This document shows, piece by piece, positions 37,212 to 45,810 of a DNA stretch of 64,000 nucleotides. The position numbers and the translations under genes were made by a program. The notes beneath the pieces are model-generated. The model saw only the letters and a program-made list of their open reading frames with translations. It did no database searches and was not told the DNA's origin. Source of the stretch: Alphaproteobacteria bacterium (lineage in GTDB: Bacteria > Pseudomonadota > Alphaproteobacteria > UBA2136 > UBA6156); assembly GCA_027485835.1 (NCBI GenBank), contig JAIXQG010000002.1, forward strand, positions 138,232-202,231. Reading direction: 5' to 3'. Each line of letters starts with the position of its first letter. The first letter of the stretch is position 1.

Positions 37212-38288
37212 ATGAAACAAAAGCGCCTGACCAGGTCTGTTTTGGCTATGCCGCACATGTTAGCGGCTTTAGCGGTGCTTTTGTGCGTGCCTGCCGCGCC
37301 AGTCTCGGCTTCCAGCGAGCTCTTTGCACCCACCGACGTCACGGTACGCTATAATCCGATTGGGTATGTGAAGAATTTTCTATTCCCCCCAAAGGCAACC
37401 GAGCAGGCCGAAGCCGCGTTACAGACCTATGCCACGATCGAACCGGCCTCCGGCGGTGCAGAACCCAAAGCCGAAGGACATGGCGAAGCCAAAGCGGAGG
37501 GTCATGGTACGTCCAAAGGTGAAGGTGGCGGCCATGGCGAACCCAAAGCTACCGGTAAAAGCGAAGGCAAGAAGAGCTTTAGTGGTAAAACCATTGGCGC
37601 TATACCCGAGCTGCCGACCGTGACTATCGGTGGCAAGTCAGTCATCAGCAAAGCCGAGCAAACTGCGAACGAACTCAATGATACCACTCCGGAAGGGATT
37701 CGCGAACCCATGATGTTACAGCATCTGGACCGGCGCTTTTCCGTGACACCCTATGCCCACAGCCCTAAGCGGGGCGCCAATGGCGCACAAATTACGGCGA
37801 TTGTCTTTACCGACTTTTCCTGTGGTCAGTGCATGCCGGAACTGACCAAGATTGATGCCGCCTTGGCAGGAGTTTCTAATACCGTGCAAACCATTCACAT
37901 CCATGCACCGATGGTGCGGTTTCAGGACACGAACATGCCGGCCTTTTACGGCAAGGTGGCGGCGCGGGGTGGCGTGTTTTGGAAATACCGTGACATGCTG
38001 CTGGCTAAGCCCACAGTTGAGGCCAACGTGTTGTTTGATAACCTGATTGCCAGCGGCATGGATGTGGCCCAAGCCCGCAGCCTGATGCTGACCGACGCAC
38101 GACGCTTTTACCGCGAGTTGGATGCCGACAGCCTGCTCGCGCGCAGCTTTGGCATCACCAACCCGCCAGTTGTGTTTGTAAATGGCATCCGTGTTGGATT
38201 TGGGGGCATCCCGTTAGAAAAATTGAAAGATGTTCTGGATTACCTGCACAAGCGTATTGAACGCGGCATGAATGAACCGCCGAAGTAA
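37212..38288 (+). CDS. secreted DsbA-like thiol:disulfide oxidoreductase with N-terminal (A/E)-K-A-E-G-H-G repeat region
   Basis: Signal peptide (MKQKRLTRSVLAMPHMLAALAVLLCVPAAPVSA). His/Gly repeats 'EPKAEGHGEAKAEGHGTSKGEGGGHGEPKATGKSEG'. C-terminal thioredoxin fold with CxxC 'FSCGQCM'. Confidence 0.68.
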   Translation: MKQKRLTRSVLAMPHMLAALAVLLCVPAAPVSASSELFAPTDVTVRYNPIGYVKNFLFPPKATEQAEAALQTYATIEPASGGAEPKAEGHGEAKAEGHGTSKGEGGGHGEPKATGKSEGKKSFSGKTIGAIPELPTVTIGGKSVISKAEQTANELNDTTPEGIREPMMLQHLDRRFSVTPYAHSPKRGANGAQITAIVFTDFSCGQCMPELTKIDAALAGVSNTVQTIHIHAPMVRFQDTNMPAFYGKVAARGGVFWKYRDMLLAKPTVEANVLFDNLIASGMDVAQARSLMLTDARRFYRELDADSLLARSFGITNPPVVFVNGIRVGFGGIPLEKLKDVLDYLHKRIERGMNEPPK

Positions 38289-38303
38289 CGCGAGGACAGA
38301 CCC

Positions 38304-40322
38304 ATGAGCACCTCCCTTCGCCACGCCATCAACAGTTTTAGCGAGCAATTGCAGCACCGCCAGCAAGAACGGCGCACCCAACGCATTGCCGCCACGCGTG
38401 CGGAGCAAGAAGACTCCACGACCATGGCGTCGATTCCGCTAAGCCCGGATGTAAGGGCCTTCTTCACCCATATCGCCCAAAGCGTTCAACGAGACCGCCA
38501 GCGTTACCATTTAGCTATCGCTATGGGGGTTGAGAATAGCGAACAGAACGCTGCCGCCAACGCTGTGCCAGGAGCGTTGCCAGATGAATCTCCGTTCAGC
38601 ATTGTCGAAGCTCCTGAGAATCAGGATGCCGCCGCGGTTGCACTGGCCCATGTTTCTCCCGGGCCACATGTGCTGTTGCTCTGGGATGAGTGGATGCGCA
38701 ACGAGCGCCTGATACCAAGTGTGGAAGACAGCCAAAGCATGGGCCGCAGCCCCTGCGGAGCCCTGCTGGTGGCAGAACTGAACAAACTGACGCAAGATAC
38801 TACCGCCAAACCTGCCATGGCGATGAGCCTGATTGGCAAAACCAAGCAATCGGTACAAGCGTTTCTGGATGGTCGCACCAATGACGCCGTAACCTTGCTG
38901 AAAAACGCCCTGCAGAGCGACCCCCATAACCACAGCATTCTGATGTCGCTCTCGCAAATCTCCTACTGGCTGGCGACCAAGGGTGTGCAAAACGTATTGC
39001 CGGAAGCCCGTGATTTTGCCCAACGCAGTACCATTTACAGCGAGAAACAAACTCCCTCGCAAATGGCGTTTTATCAATATACGGCGATTGTGACCGAAAG
39101 CGCCTTCGGTCCCGAGCGTACACTCGAATGGCTGCGTGACAGCGGCATGCTGAACACCGATAATTTCTCGGATAACGGAGACTCCCTGCTTGCCGAACGC
39201 GGTCTTTACCTGCGCGCTTGGTACCTGCTTTCCCAAGTACCTGTTGAGCTCTGGCATGAAGCGGAATTCCGGGCCTTGCTCAACCTCGTTACCAAAGTGG
39301 TTGGTGGGGCCACAGTGTATCTTGCATGGTTCCGTACCCCCCTGCTTACCGCAGCCAGCCTAGGGAAAGATATCCCGATTCTGGAAGAAATCGAGAGACT
39401 GGTACATAGCGCATACCGCCTGCATAGCAACCACTATACAGCCTTTCAACAACTTAGTCCGCAAAGTGGCGATAAACCGTGGTTGCTACGGGTACGCTTC
39501 TTAAGTGCTGTCAAGGCGATCATGACAGTGCCGGCTTTCGATCAGGCCGCCCTGCATTTTTCTCTCGACGGCCAGAGCTGGGAGGAGAATATGACTCCCG
39601 ACCCGGAACTGCGCGCCACCACCGGCTTGCGTGAGTTAACCTATTGGCGCCTGTGGGCACTGGTGCTTACGCCGTATAAGGATATCCGGCAACCCTACCT
39701 GATGCCGGCCGAGGAAACCGCCAGTGACCTCAGCCTACTTGCCAGTTGCGAAGAGCTTTTAACAACCCTTGCCACCACCGAACGCAACCTGATTAAAGCC
39801 CACCTGTGGGATGATTTAAAACCTTGGCTGGTGCGCTGGCAGTTAGAGCACCTGTTAGCCGCCAGCACCGGCAGTAACAAGCCCCGCAGCCGTTTTGCGC
39901 CCAGCCTGCCGCCCTACACCCATTTGTACCGTGCTTGGCAAGACCCGCCCATTTCCTCACTTTTGCCGAGCGAAATTATTGCCGAGAATGCCCGACGCGG
40001 TGCGTTTGCCAGTTTCTTTGAAATTACCGCGGCACTGGAAGGCGCCAACCGCCTGATTAACGACCCTGTGCACGGGCTGGTTGCCAGCCAGAAACGCGCT
40101 TTAGCCGCCGCCAACCGTTATAACCCGAAAAAATTCAAAACCGTCGCGCAGGAATTTGGCAGTAGCGGCGGCAGCGGGCTCCTCATGCTGCTGATGCCCG
40201 TGGGCTTGCTGGGGCTGATGGCGGCGGTGTTCACCTTCAGTGCCAACTGGGGCCAAGCACTGGGGCTTATGCTCGCGCTGGGGGGAGTGGCGGGTGTTGT
40301 GGCACTCAATCTCAAGAAATAA
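38304..40322 (+). CDS. hypothetical 672-aa protein, TPR-like alpha-helical, with C-terminal double-TM anchor
   Basis: The start codon lies 15 nt after the dsbA-like stop, so an operon is likely. No recognised catalytic motifs. The C-terminus 'LLMLLMPVGLLGLMAAVFTFSANWGQALGLMLALGGVAGVVAL' is hydrophobic. Confidence 0.55.
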   Translation: MSTSLRHAINSFSEQLQHRQQERRTQRIAATRAEQEDSTTMASIPLSPDVRAFFTHIAQSVQRDRQRYHLAIAMGVENSEQNAAANAVPGALPDESPFSIVEAPENQDAAAVALAHVSPGPHVLLLWDEWMRNERLIPSVEDSQSMGRSPCGALLVAELNKLTQDTTAKPAMAMSLIGKTKQSVQAFLDGRTNDAVTLLKNALQSDPHNHSILMSLSQISYWLATKGVQNVLPEARDFAQRSTIYSEKQTPSQMAFYQYTAIVTESAFGPERTLEWLRDSGMLNTDNFSDNGDSLLAERGLYLRAWYLLSQVPVELWHEAEFRALLNLVTKVVGGATVYLAWFRTPLLTAASLGKDIPILEEIERLVHSAYRLHSNHYTAFQQLSPQSGDKPWLLRVRFLSAVKAIMTVPAFDQAALHFSLDGQSWEENMTPDPELRATTGLRELTYWRLWALVLTPYKDIRQPYLMPAEETASDLSLLASCEELLTTLATTERNLIKAHLWDDLKPWLVRWQLEHLLAASTGSNKPRSRFAPSLPPYTHLYRAWQDPPISSLLPSEIIAENARRGAFASFFEITAALEGANRLINDPVHGLVASQKRALAAANRYNPKKFKTVAQEFGSSGGSGLLMLLMPVGLLGLMAAVFTFSANWGQALGLMLALGGVAGVVALNLKK

Positions 40323-40486
40323 CCCTGTTTTGGGCTGCCTAGCCATGCCAAGGGGTTGACAGCGCGTGGCGGAATGGGCTAAAGGCAGGCAATCGGTGTG
40401 AATTTCGGTTCCACACCCACAGGTATGAACGGCCCCAAGCACCCTGCTTGACGGCCACACAACAGGCTAACAGACAGGATACACAC

Positions 40487-40684
40487 ATGGCAAAGCGCGG
40501 TGGTAACAGCATTTTCATCAAGATGGTCAGCACAGCCCTGAAGGCTGATGGCAAGAAGACCGGTTACTTTTACGTAACCCGTAAGAACCCGAAGAGCGTG
40601 AACACCACCGAAAAGCTGGAAATGCGCAAGTACGACCCGGTTGTTCGCCAGCACGTCATCTTCAAAGAAGAAAAGATGAAGTAG
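40487..40684 (+). CDS. rpmG: 50S ribosomal protein L33
   Basis: 'MAKRGG...[40 protein letters not shown]' matches bL33. Confidence 0.9.
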   Translation: MAKRGGNSIFIKMVSTALKADGKKTGYFYVTRKNPKSVNTTEKLEMRKYDPVVRQHVIFKEEKMK

Positions 40685-40712
40685 TCGTTCTTACTTGATT
40701 GCAGGGGCCAAC

Positions 40713-40740
40713 ATGGCCCCTTTTTTGTTGCGCAGCAATT
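40713..40740 (+). terminator. rho-independent terminator after rpmG (ggggcc-aacat-ggcccc + T6)
   Basis: Read directly from sequence. Confidence 0.6.
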
Positions 40741-40783
40741 TTATGAGGTATACAAACAGGTTCTCGCCTTTCAGGAGGAACAC

Positions 40784-41074
40784 ATGATCTCGTCTACTGA
40801 AAACTTTGTTATTTCGTGCAATGACGTACCCGTCATCCTGTTTCTCTCCGATGTGGGAGGAATTCAGGGCCATGTGGTCACCGAATTGAACAAAACGGCC
40901 AACAGGAAGTATCCGCAACTCACGCCGCTGATCAAGGCCCATTACTTAGGGGATCAGGTTGTCGGCGATTTGCCCGTTGTTAAGTTGGCAACGCCTCAAG
41001 ATAAGGATGCCGCCATTACTTCCGCTGAGGAATGGCTGGAGAATCACTTCAGCTTGACAGCCTCCCTTCTCTGA
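40784..41074 (+). CDS. hypothetical protein (96 aa)
   Basis: Near-perfect SD (caggaggaacac ATG). A terminator hairpin lies at 41088-41115. No family recognised. Confidence 0.45.
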   Translation: MISSTENFVISCNDVPVILFLSDVGGIQGHVVTELNKTANRKYPQLTPLIKAHYLGDQVVGDLPVVKLATPQDKDAAITSAEEWLENHFSLTASLL

Positions 41075-41125
41075 TACAATCCCACACGATATGCGAAGGC
41101 GCCCCTTACGGGCGCCTTTACGCGT

Positions 41126-41923
41126 TTAGAGTGTCAATTCCAGTACCACCGGAATATGGTCGGACGGTTGTGTTTTGGTGCGTTCGTCCTGGTCGTGCCA
41201 GACATGTGTAACATGCGGCGTGAGTGTGGGGCTGGTAAAGAGGTAGTCAATCCGTGCACCGTTCTTCGGGTTACGGCCGTAGGTGCGGTAGTCGTACCAT
41301 GAGTAGATGCCTGCTTCGGCATTCACTTCACGAAAGCTGTCAGAGAGGCCATTGTTAACCATCAGCTCGGCCAGCCACTGGCGCTCTTCCGGCGTGAACA
41401 GCACGTGTTTTGCGGCTTTTTCGGGGTTCTCAATGTCGCGCTCGTCGGCCGAGATATTAAAATCGCCGCAGATGATGTAACGCGCGTGCTCGGCAAGCCC
41501 ACGCTGCACATAGGCTTGCAGGTGCTGGTAAAATTCGCGCTTGAAGGCGAATTTTTCACTGGTCGGGCTTTCGCCATTCGGCACATAGGCGCTCACCACG
41601 CGGATGCCGCAGGTGGTGGCGGCTATCAGGCGGCTTTGGCTGCCAAATATTTCCGGCAGGCCTTCGGCACCAAAACCCGTTGCGATATGTTCCAGTGGCT
41701 GGCGGCTGGCGATGGCGACGCCGTTGTACGACTTCTGGCCGTGCATAGCTACGTGGTAACCTAGGCTGGTAAAGGCTTCGGTGGGGAACAGGCTATCTTC
41801 AACTTTGGTTTCCTGCAGGCAGAGAATATCCGGCCGATGGGCCTCTAACCACGCGGTAACATGGGGCAGGCGTGTACGAAGGCTGTTGACGTTCCAGGTG
41901 GCGACTTTTATGACTGATGACAT
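41126..41923 (-). CDS. xthA: exodeoxyribonuclease III (AP endonuclease, EEP family)
   Basis: Start at MSSVIKVATWNVNSLRTRLPHVTAWLEAHRPDILCLQETK. The longer upstream ORF extension is rejected. Confidence 0.9.
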   Translation of the reverse strand: MSSVIKVATWNVNSLRTRLPHVTAWLEAHRPDILCLQETKVEDSLFPTEAFTSLGYHVAMHGQKSYNGVAIASRQPLEHIATGFGAEGLPEIFGSQSRLIAATTCGIRVVSAYVPNGESPTSEKFAFKREFYQHLQAYVQRGLAEHARYIICGDFNISADERDIENPEKAAKHVLFTPEERQWLAELMVNNGLSDSFREVNAEAGIYSWYDYRTYGRNPKNGARIDYLFTSPTLTPHVTHVWHDQDERTKTQPSDHIPVVLELTL

Positions 41924-42236
41924 GACCCACTTTAGCAAACCTGCGCCGCTGACGCGAGAGGCCCTGCAAGCCTTATTGGCACCCGCCCTGCCCGGCGCGC
42001 GTTTTGATATGCGCGACGACACCCATAAGCACCTTGAGCACAACATTGAGGTCGACCACCATGGCGCTCACTTCTTTGTGAAAATCGTGTGGGATGGTTT
42101 TAAAACCTTACCGCGCCTCGCCCGGCACAGGCTGGTTTTCAACTTGTTAACCCAACAGTGGAATGCCAAACAAATCCATTCGTTAAGCCTGCGTTTAATG
42201 ACTGAAGAAGAGGCGACAAAGACATTGCGCGAGTAG
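41910..42236 (+). CDS. bolA: BolA family protein
   Basis: 'FDMRDDTHKHLEHNIEVDHHGAHFFVKIVWDGFKTLPRLARHRLVFNLL...IHSLSLRLMTEEE' matches the BolA fold motifs. Its start overlaps the xthA start divergently. Confidence 0.72.
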   Translation: MTDDMTHFSKPAPLTREALQALLAPALPGARFDMRDDTHKHLEHNIEVDHHGAHFFVKIVWDGFKTLPRLARHRLVFNLLTQQWNAKQIHSLSLRLMTEEEATKTLRE

Positions 42237-42269
42237 ATTTGGTGAGCCCTCTGCGGCTACACTTGGTTT

Positions 42270-44336
42270 ATGGCATTTGTGCTTCCATCGGGTTTGACTG
42301 ACCGCATCGCGGGTATTTCTACCGTGCGCTGGCTTATGCTTTTGGCCATATGGGGCATCGCGGTATTCTTATGGGGCACTTTTGGCGCGTGGACCGAGAA
42401 ACGCGGACAAGATGCCGAGCTTCGTTTAGTAACCCCCTATGCCGAACGTGTGGGAGCGTGGCTCACCCAGCAAACCGATATTCTGGACAGCCTGCAAACC
42501 GATACGCGTCTGGCCGAAGGTGCCAGCTTGCCTGCGGGCGTGGAAAGCTTGCCGGTGCAGCGTGTGCTATATGAATTCGCGTACCTCAACCGCATACCGG
42601 ACGTTTATATTCTCGACCTGTTGCAAGGTAAAAACGGCCGCACGGCAGGCGCTGTTGCGCTACCAGAAACCACCTTGAAGCGCTTTGACAGCCTGCCGGA
42701 TCGCGCCGATACGCTGATGCTCGGGCTGGGGTTAGACCGTGCGCAATTGCTGATGCTGCGGCGTGTGAACGCCCCCCTGCCCCAGAAGCTTTATGCGGCT
42801 GTGCCTGTACGGTTCAGCACCCTTGCCAATGCCGTGCCGACTCTGCCGGAGACCTTTCAGGAGCGGACTTCAAGCCTGATTTTCCCCCATACCGAGGGGT
42901 GGGCCCGCTGGAATATGAAAGGGCCGCAGTTAAACTTGATTGAGGAAGAGACCGAAGGTTTAGGCTCTGACGAGGTTGTGCACATCACCACCGGTTCGCG
43001 CCAAACCACCTATGTGCCACTCGGGGGATTACCGGCTGTTGTTCTGGCGGTGGAAGGCCCGCGTGCGCTTACCTCCACTGCCCTATTACCGCGGCTGATG
43101 GTGTTTATCTGGGCCGTCACCATGAGCTTGATGGTATTATGGCAAGAGCCCGGTTTTCAAAAACTACTGGCACAAAGCACCGCCCCCGTTAAGCCCCTTC
43201 TCGGCAAACTTGCACCGTTGGGGGCCCGCATGAAAGGGCTTGGCCGGCTTTTGCCCGTTGACCAGATTGCCCGCGCCTGGCGCGATGCGCGCGGTACGGC
43301 CCCCTTGGTAGAAGGACCCGGCGAGCTTGATGCCAGCGCCTTCCGTTCCTCACCACGGCGTGCATCATCGGGTAAATCTCCGCGAAAGCCTATGTTAAGT
43401 GCACCCGCGCCGGCCGAGTTGGCAACGGCCGGCCCCGGCGCGTTACCTAAACTGGAGCGCCGCAACCGCCGCCGCGGCAGTGCCTTGGCGGCAACTCCTT
43501 CTCGTCCCCACAGCCAAAACGCCAAACCGGCGTGGGTTTCTCCGGAAAAGAAAGCTCCCAAACCTATCTCCTCTCAATCGAGCGACTCTCAGCCCGCGAT
43601 TGATGAGGAAGACTTGCTGGAAGTGGTGAAGGACTGCCTGCGCCAAAAACGGGTTAAGTTGCTGTACCAGCCTGTATATCGCGCCGCCGACAACATGCCG
43701 ATGATCCACGAAGTGTTCGCGCGCCTGGTACGACGCGATGGCAGCCTGATCTCGCCAGGCGACTTTTTGCCAATTGTGTTGAAAAACAAGCTTTCGCTCG
43801 AGCTGGACCTGATGGTGCTGCGCAAAGTGGTGCAGGAGCATTTTGGCCAAGGCCGCGAGCCGCTAACTCCCCTTGCCGTCAATATTTCCAGCAACAGCCT
43901 TGATGGTATTGCCTACCTGCAGGAAATGACCAGCCAAGGCCCACGCGTGCTGCGCCGGATGGGTTTTGAAGTAAGTAGCCAAGAGATGATACGTGACCCC
44001 AAAGCTCTGAAACTTCTCAAAGATTTGCAAAAGCATGGTGGCAATCTGGCGGTCGATTACTTTGGCGGTGGAGAAGCCATGCTGGATGCCAGCAAATCGC
44101 TCGGTTTCAACTACGTGAAGCTCGATTCCGCCAAGTTCATCGAAACGGATGAGGGCAAGAAGAACCTCATCAAGCTGTGCCACTATGCCAATTCCATCGG
44201 GCTACCGATTATTCTCGAAAAAATCGGGCATCGGGATACGGAGGAGTTCGGGCGTCGTGCGGGGGCGCAATTCCTGCAGGGTTATGCCCTGAAAAGCCCG
44301 GATGAAATGCTAACGCTGACGCAATTGGCATCGTAA
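42270..44336 (+). CDS. membrane-anchored sensor protein with C-terminal degenerate EAL domain
   Basis: N-terminal TM + periplasmic region + second TM. The EAL-like C-terminus carries 'EVFAR', 'DYFGGG' instead of DDFGTG, 'EKIG' instead of EGVE, and 'KLD'. Confidence 0.78.
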   Translation: MAFVLPSGLTDRIAGISTVRWLMLLAIWGIAVFLWGTFGAWTEKRGQDAELRLVTPYAERVGAWLTQQTDILDSLQTDTRLAEGASLPAGVESLPVQRVLYEFAYLNRIPDVYILDLLQGKNGRTAGAVALPETTLKRFDSLPDRADTLMLGLGLDRAQLLMLRRVNAPLPQKLYAAVPVRFSTLANAVPTLPETFQERTSSLIFPHTEGWARWNMKGPQLNLIEEETEGLGSDEVVHITTGSRQTTYVPLGGLPAVVLAVEGPRALTSTALLPRLMVFIWAVTMSLMVLWQEPGFQKLLAQSTAPVKPLLGKLAPLGARMKGLGRLLPVDQIARAWRDARGTAPLVEGPGELDASAFRSSPRRASSGKSPRKPMLSAPAPAELATAGPGALPKLERRNRRRGSALAATPSRPHSQNAKPAWVSPEKKAPKPISSQSSDSQPAIDEEDLLEVVKDCLRQKRVKLLYQPVYRAADNMPMIHEVFARLVRRDGSLISPGDFLPIVLKNKLSLELDLMVLRKVVQEHFGQGREPLTPLAVNISSNSLDGIAYLQEMTSQGPRVLRRMGFEVSSQEMIRDPKALKLLKDLQKHGGNLAVDYFGGGEAMLDASKSLGFNYVKLDSAKFIETDEGKKNLIKLCHYANSIGLPIILEKIGHRDTEEFGRRAGAQFLQGYALKSPDEMLTLTQLAS

Positions 44337-44405
44337 CCACCGGCTACCGGAGCGAAGCGTTATTTTGGCAATGACAAAGCCCCTTCCTAAGTATACGATT
44401 AACCC

Positions 44406-45281
44406 ATGACTGACTTGCAGAAGGTTGACCCCGTCGCCGAATTTACCCGCCAGACGCCGCTGGATTTGCGGCTGGTGATGGCGTTGGCTGGCGAGCGCGA
44501 CCTGAATGCGCGCGAGCAGCAGATTGTCGATAAGCTTCAGCAAGAGCGTGGCGAAGGCTTGTTCTCCGACATGCTATATGCCCTCACCCGCAAGAGCTTC
44601 CCCAGCCGCCAAGCTAAGCTGCTGTGGGCGGAAATTGGCGACCATAGAAAGAAGCTGGAAGGCATTTTAAGCCGCGACCCCGGTGTGGCGCTGGCGGCGC
44701 ACGATTATCTGGTGAACGTGAGTGGCCTCCTCAAAACTGCCGGACTGATTGAAGAGCAGAAGTTTCAGGCGCTGGCCACCGTGGCCAGCCGCGACGGTCT
44801 GACCGGCCTTTATGACAAAACCACCTTTGCCCGCCTGCTGGAAGAAGAGCTGGCGCGCCAAGCCCGCTTTGGCCGACCCGTGACGCTGGTGATGATCGAC
44901 ATCGACCACTTTAAGCAACTGAACGACACCCACGGCCACGCCGATGGCGACGTGGTGCTGGCACAGGTAGCCGAGCTGATTAAGCTGCAAGCCCGTAGCA
45001 CCGATAGTTGCGGCCGCTTTGGCGGCGAAGAGTTTGCCGTGGTGCTGCCGGAAGTGGACACCCACGCCGGTACGCTGCTGGCAGAACGTATCCGTATGGG
45101 AGTGGAAAAGGCTTTTATCGGTACACCTTACAGCGTGACCGTGAGCATCGGGATTGCCACGGGCAATAGCGGTGTGAAGGCTGATGATCTTGTGCGTGCC
45201 GCCGACGCCGCGCTGTATGAAGCCAAGCGTGGTGGACGCAATTGCGTGCGGGTGGCGAAGGAAATTGTGACGACTGTCTAA
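44406..45281 (+). CDS. GGDEF-domain diguanylate cyclase
   Basis: Active-site 'GGEEF' with an I-site 'RSTD' five residues upstream. N-terminal ~120-aa domain of unknown function. Confidence 0.88.
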   Translation: MTDLQKVDPVAEFTRQTPLDLRLVMALAGERDLNAREQQIVDKLQQERGEGLFSDMLYALTRKSFPSRQAKLLWAEIGDHRKKLEGILSRDPGVALAAHDYLVNVSGLLKTAGLIEEQKFQALATVASRDGLTGLYDKTTFARLLEEELARQARFGRPVTLVMIDIDHFKQLNDTHGHADGDVVLAQVAELIKLQARSTDSCGRFGGEEFAVVLPEVDTHAGTLLAERIRMGVEKAFIGTPYSVTVSIGIATGNSGVKADDLVRAADAALYEAKRGGRNCVRVAKEIVTTV

Positions 45282-45808
45282 ACGATTTTCAGTGGAAACT
45301 GTTTAAGAGCCTGATAGCGCCCCACGCCTGTACCGTGGGGTTTGTTCGATTTATAGAGTGTCATTGTGTCAGCCGTAAAGTTGGGAATGGTTATATTCTC
45401 AAACATGGAAATATCTACCGATTGAGGTGGATAGCTGGCGAGAGTGATGTGCGGCATGAACTCGGGAAAGACATACGGCGCGATGCCTTGGGCTGTAGCC
45501 GCTGCCTCTTGCAGCTTGTGCAGGTCATAAAGAGGCTCGGTTCGTTCGGTCATCACTACCAGAAAATGAAGGTCGGGAAGCTCGAATATATGCAATTTAA
45601 GAGGACGTATTTCGAGGGCTGACCACTCCCCTGCCGCCAATAATTTGAGGACATGTTCCAACACCTCTGGCGAAGGCTCGCCAAAATATTTCAGGGTCAG
45701 ATGATAATCGTCCGGATGCGTCCAGTTGGCATCCTTGAGATTTGGGCGGATGGTTTGTAGAATCTGCGTAACTTCCGATGGCACAGGCAGTGCGGTGAAG
45801 TAAGCCAT
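45278..45808 (-). CDS. thpR: 2H phosphoesterase family protein (RNA 2',3'-cyclic phosphodiesterase ThpR/LigT-like)
   Basis: Two H-x-T-x motifs (HLTL, HITL). 176 aa. Its stop overlaps the stop of the convergent GGDEF gene. Confidence 0.75.
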   Translation of the reverse strand: MAYFTALPVPSEVTQILQTIRPNLKDANWTHPDDYHLTLKYFGEPSPEVLEHVLKLLAAGEWSALEIRPLKLHIFELPDLHFLVVMTERTEPLYDLHKLQEAAATAQGIAPYVFPEFMPHITLASYPPQSVDISMFENITIPNFTADTMTLYKSNKPHGTGVGRYQALKQFPLKIV

Positions 45809-45810
45809 GG

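Noticed and set aside
38511-39257. 248-aa minus-strand ORF
   Set aside because: Lies wholly inside the 672-aa plus-strand gene with no SD. The plus-strand frame is preferred because its start is coupled to the upstream gene. Confidence in either is limited.
41924-42046. 41-aa upstream extension of xthA, and extended starts for the FAD oxidoreductase, tadA, greA, rplF and phasin
   Set aside because: In each case homology starts at an internal Met close to an SD. The ORF-track upstream extensions are non-homologous.
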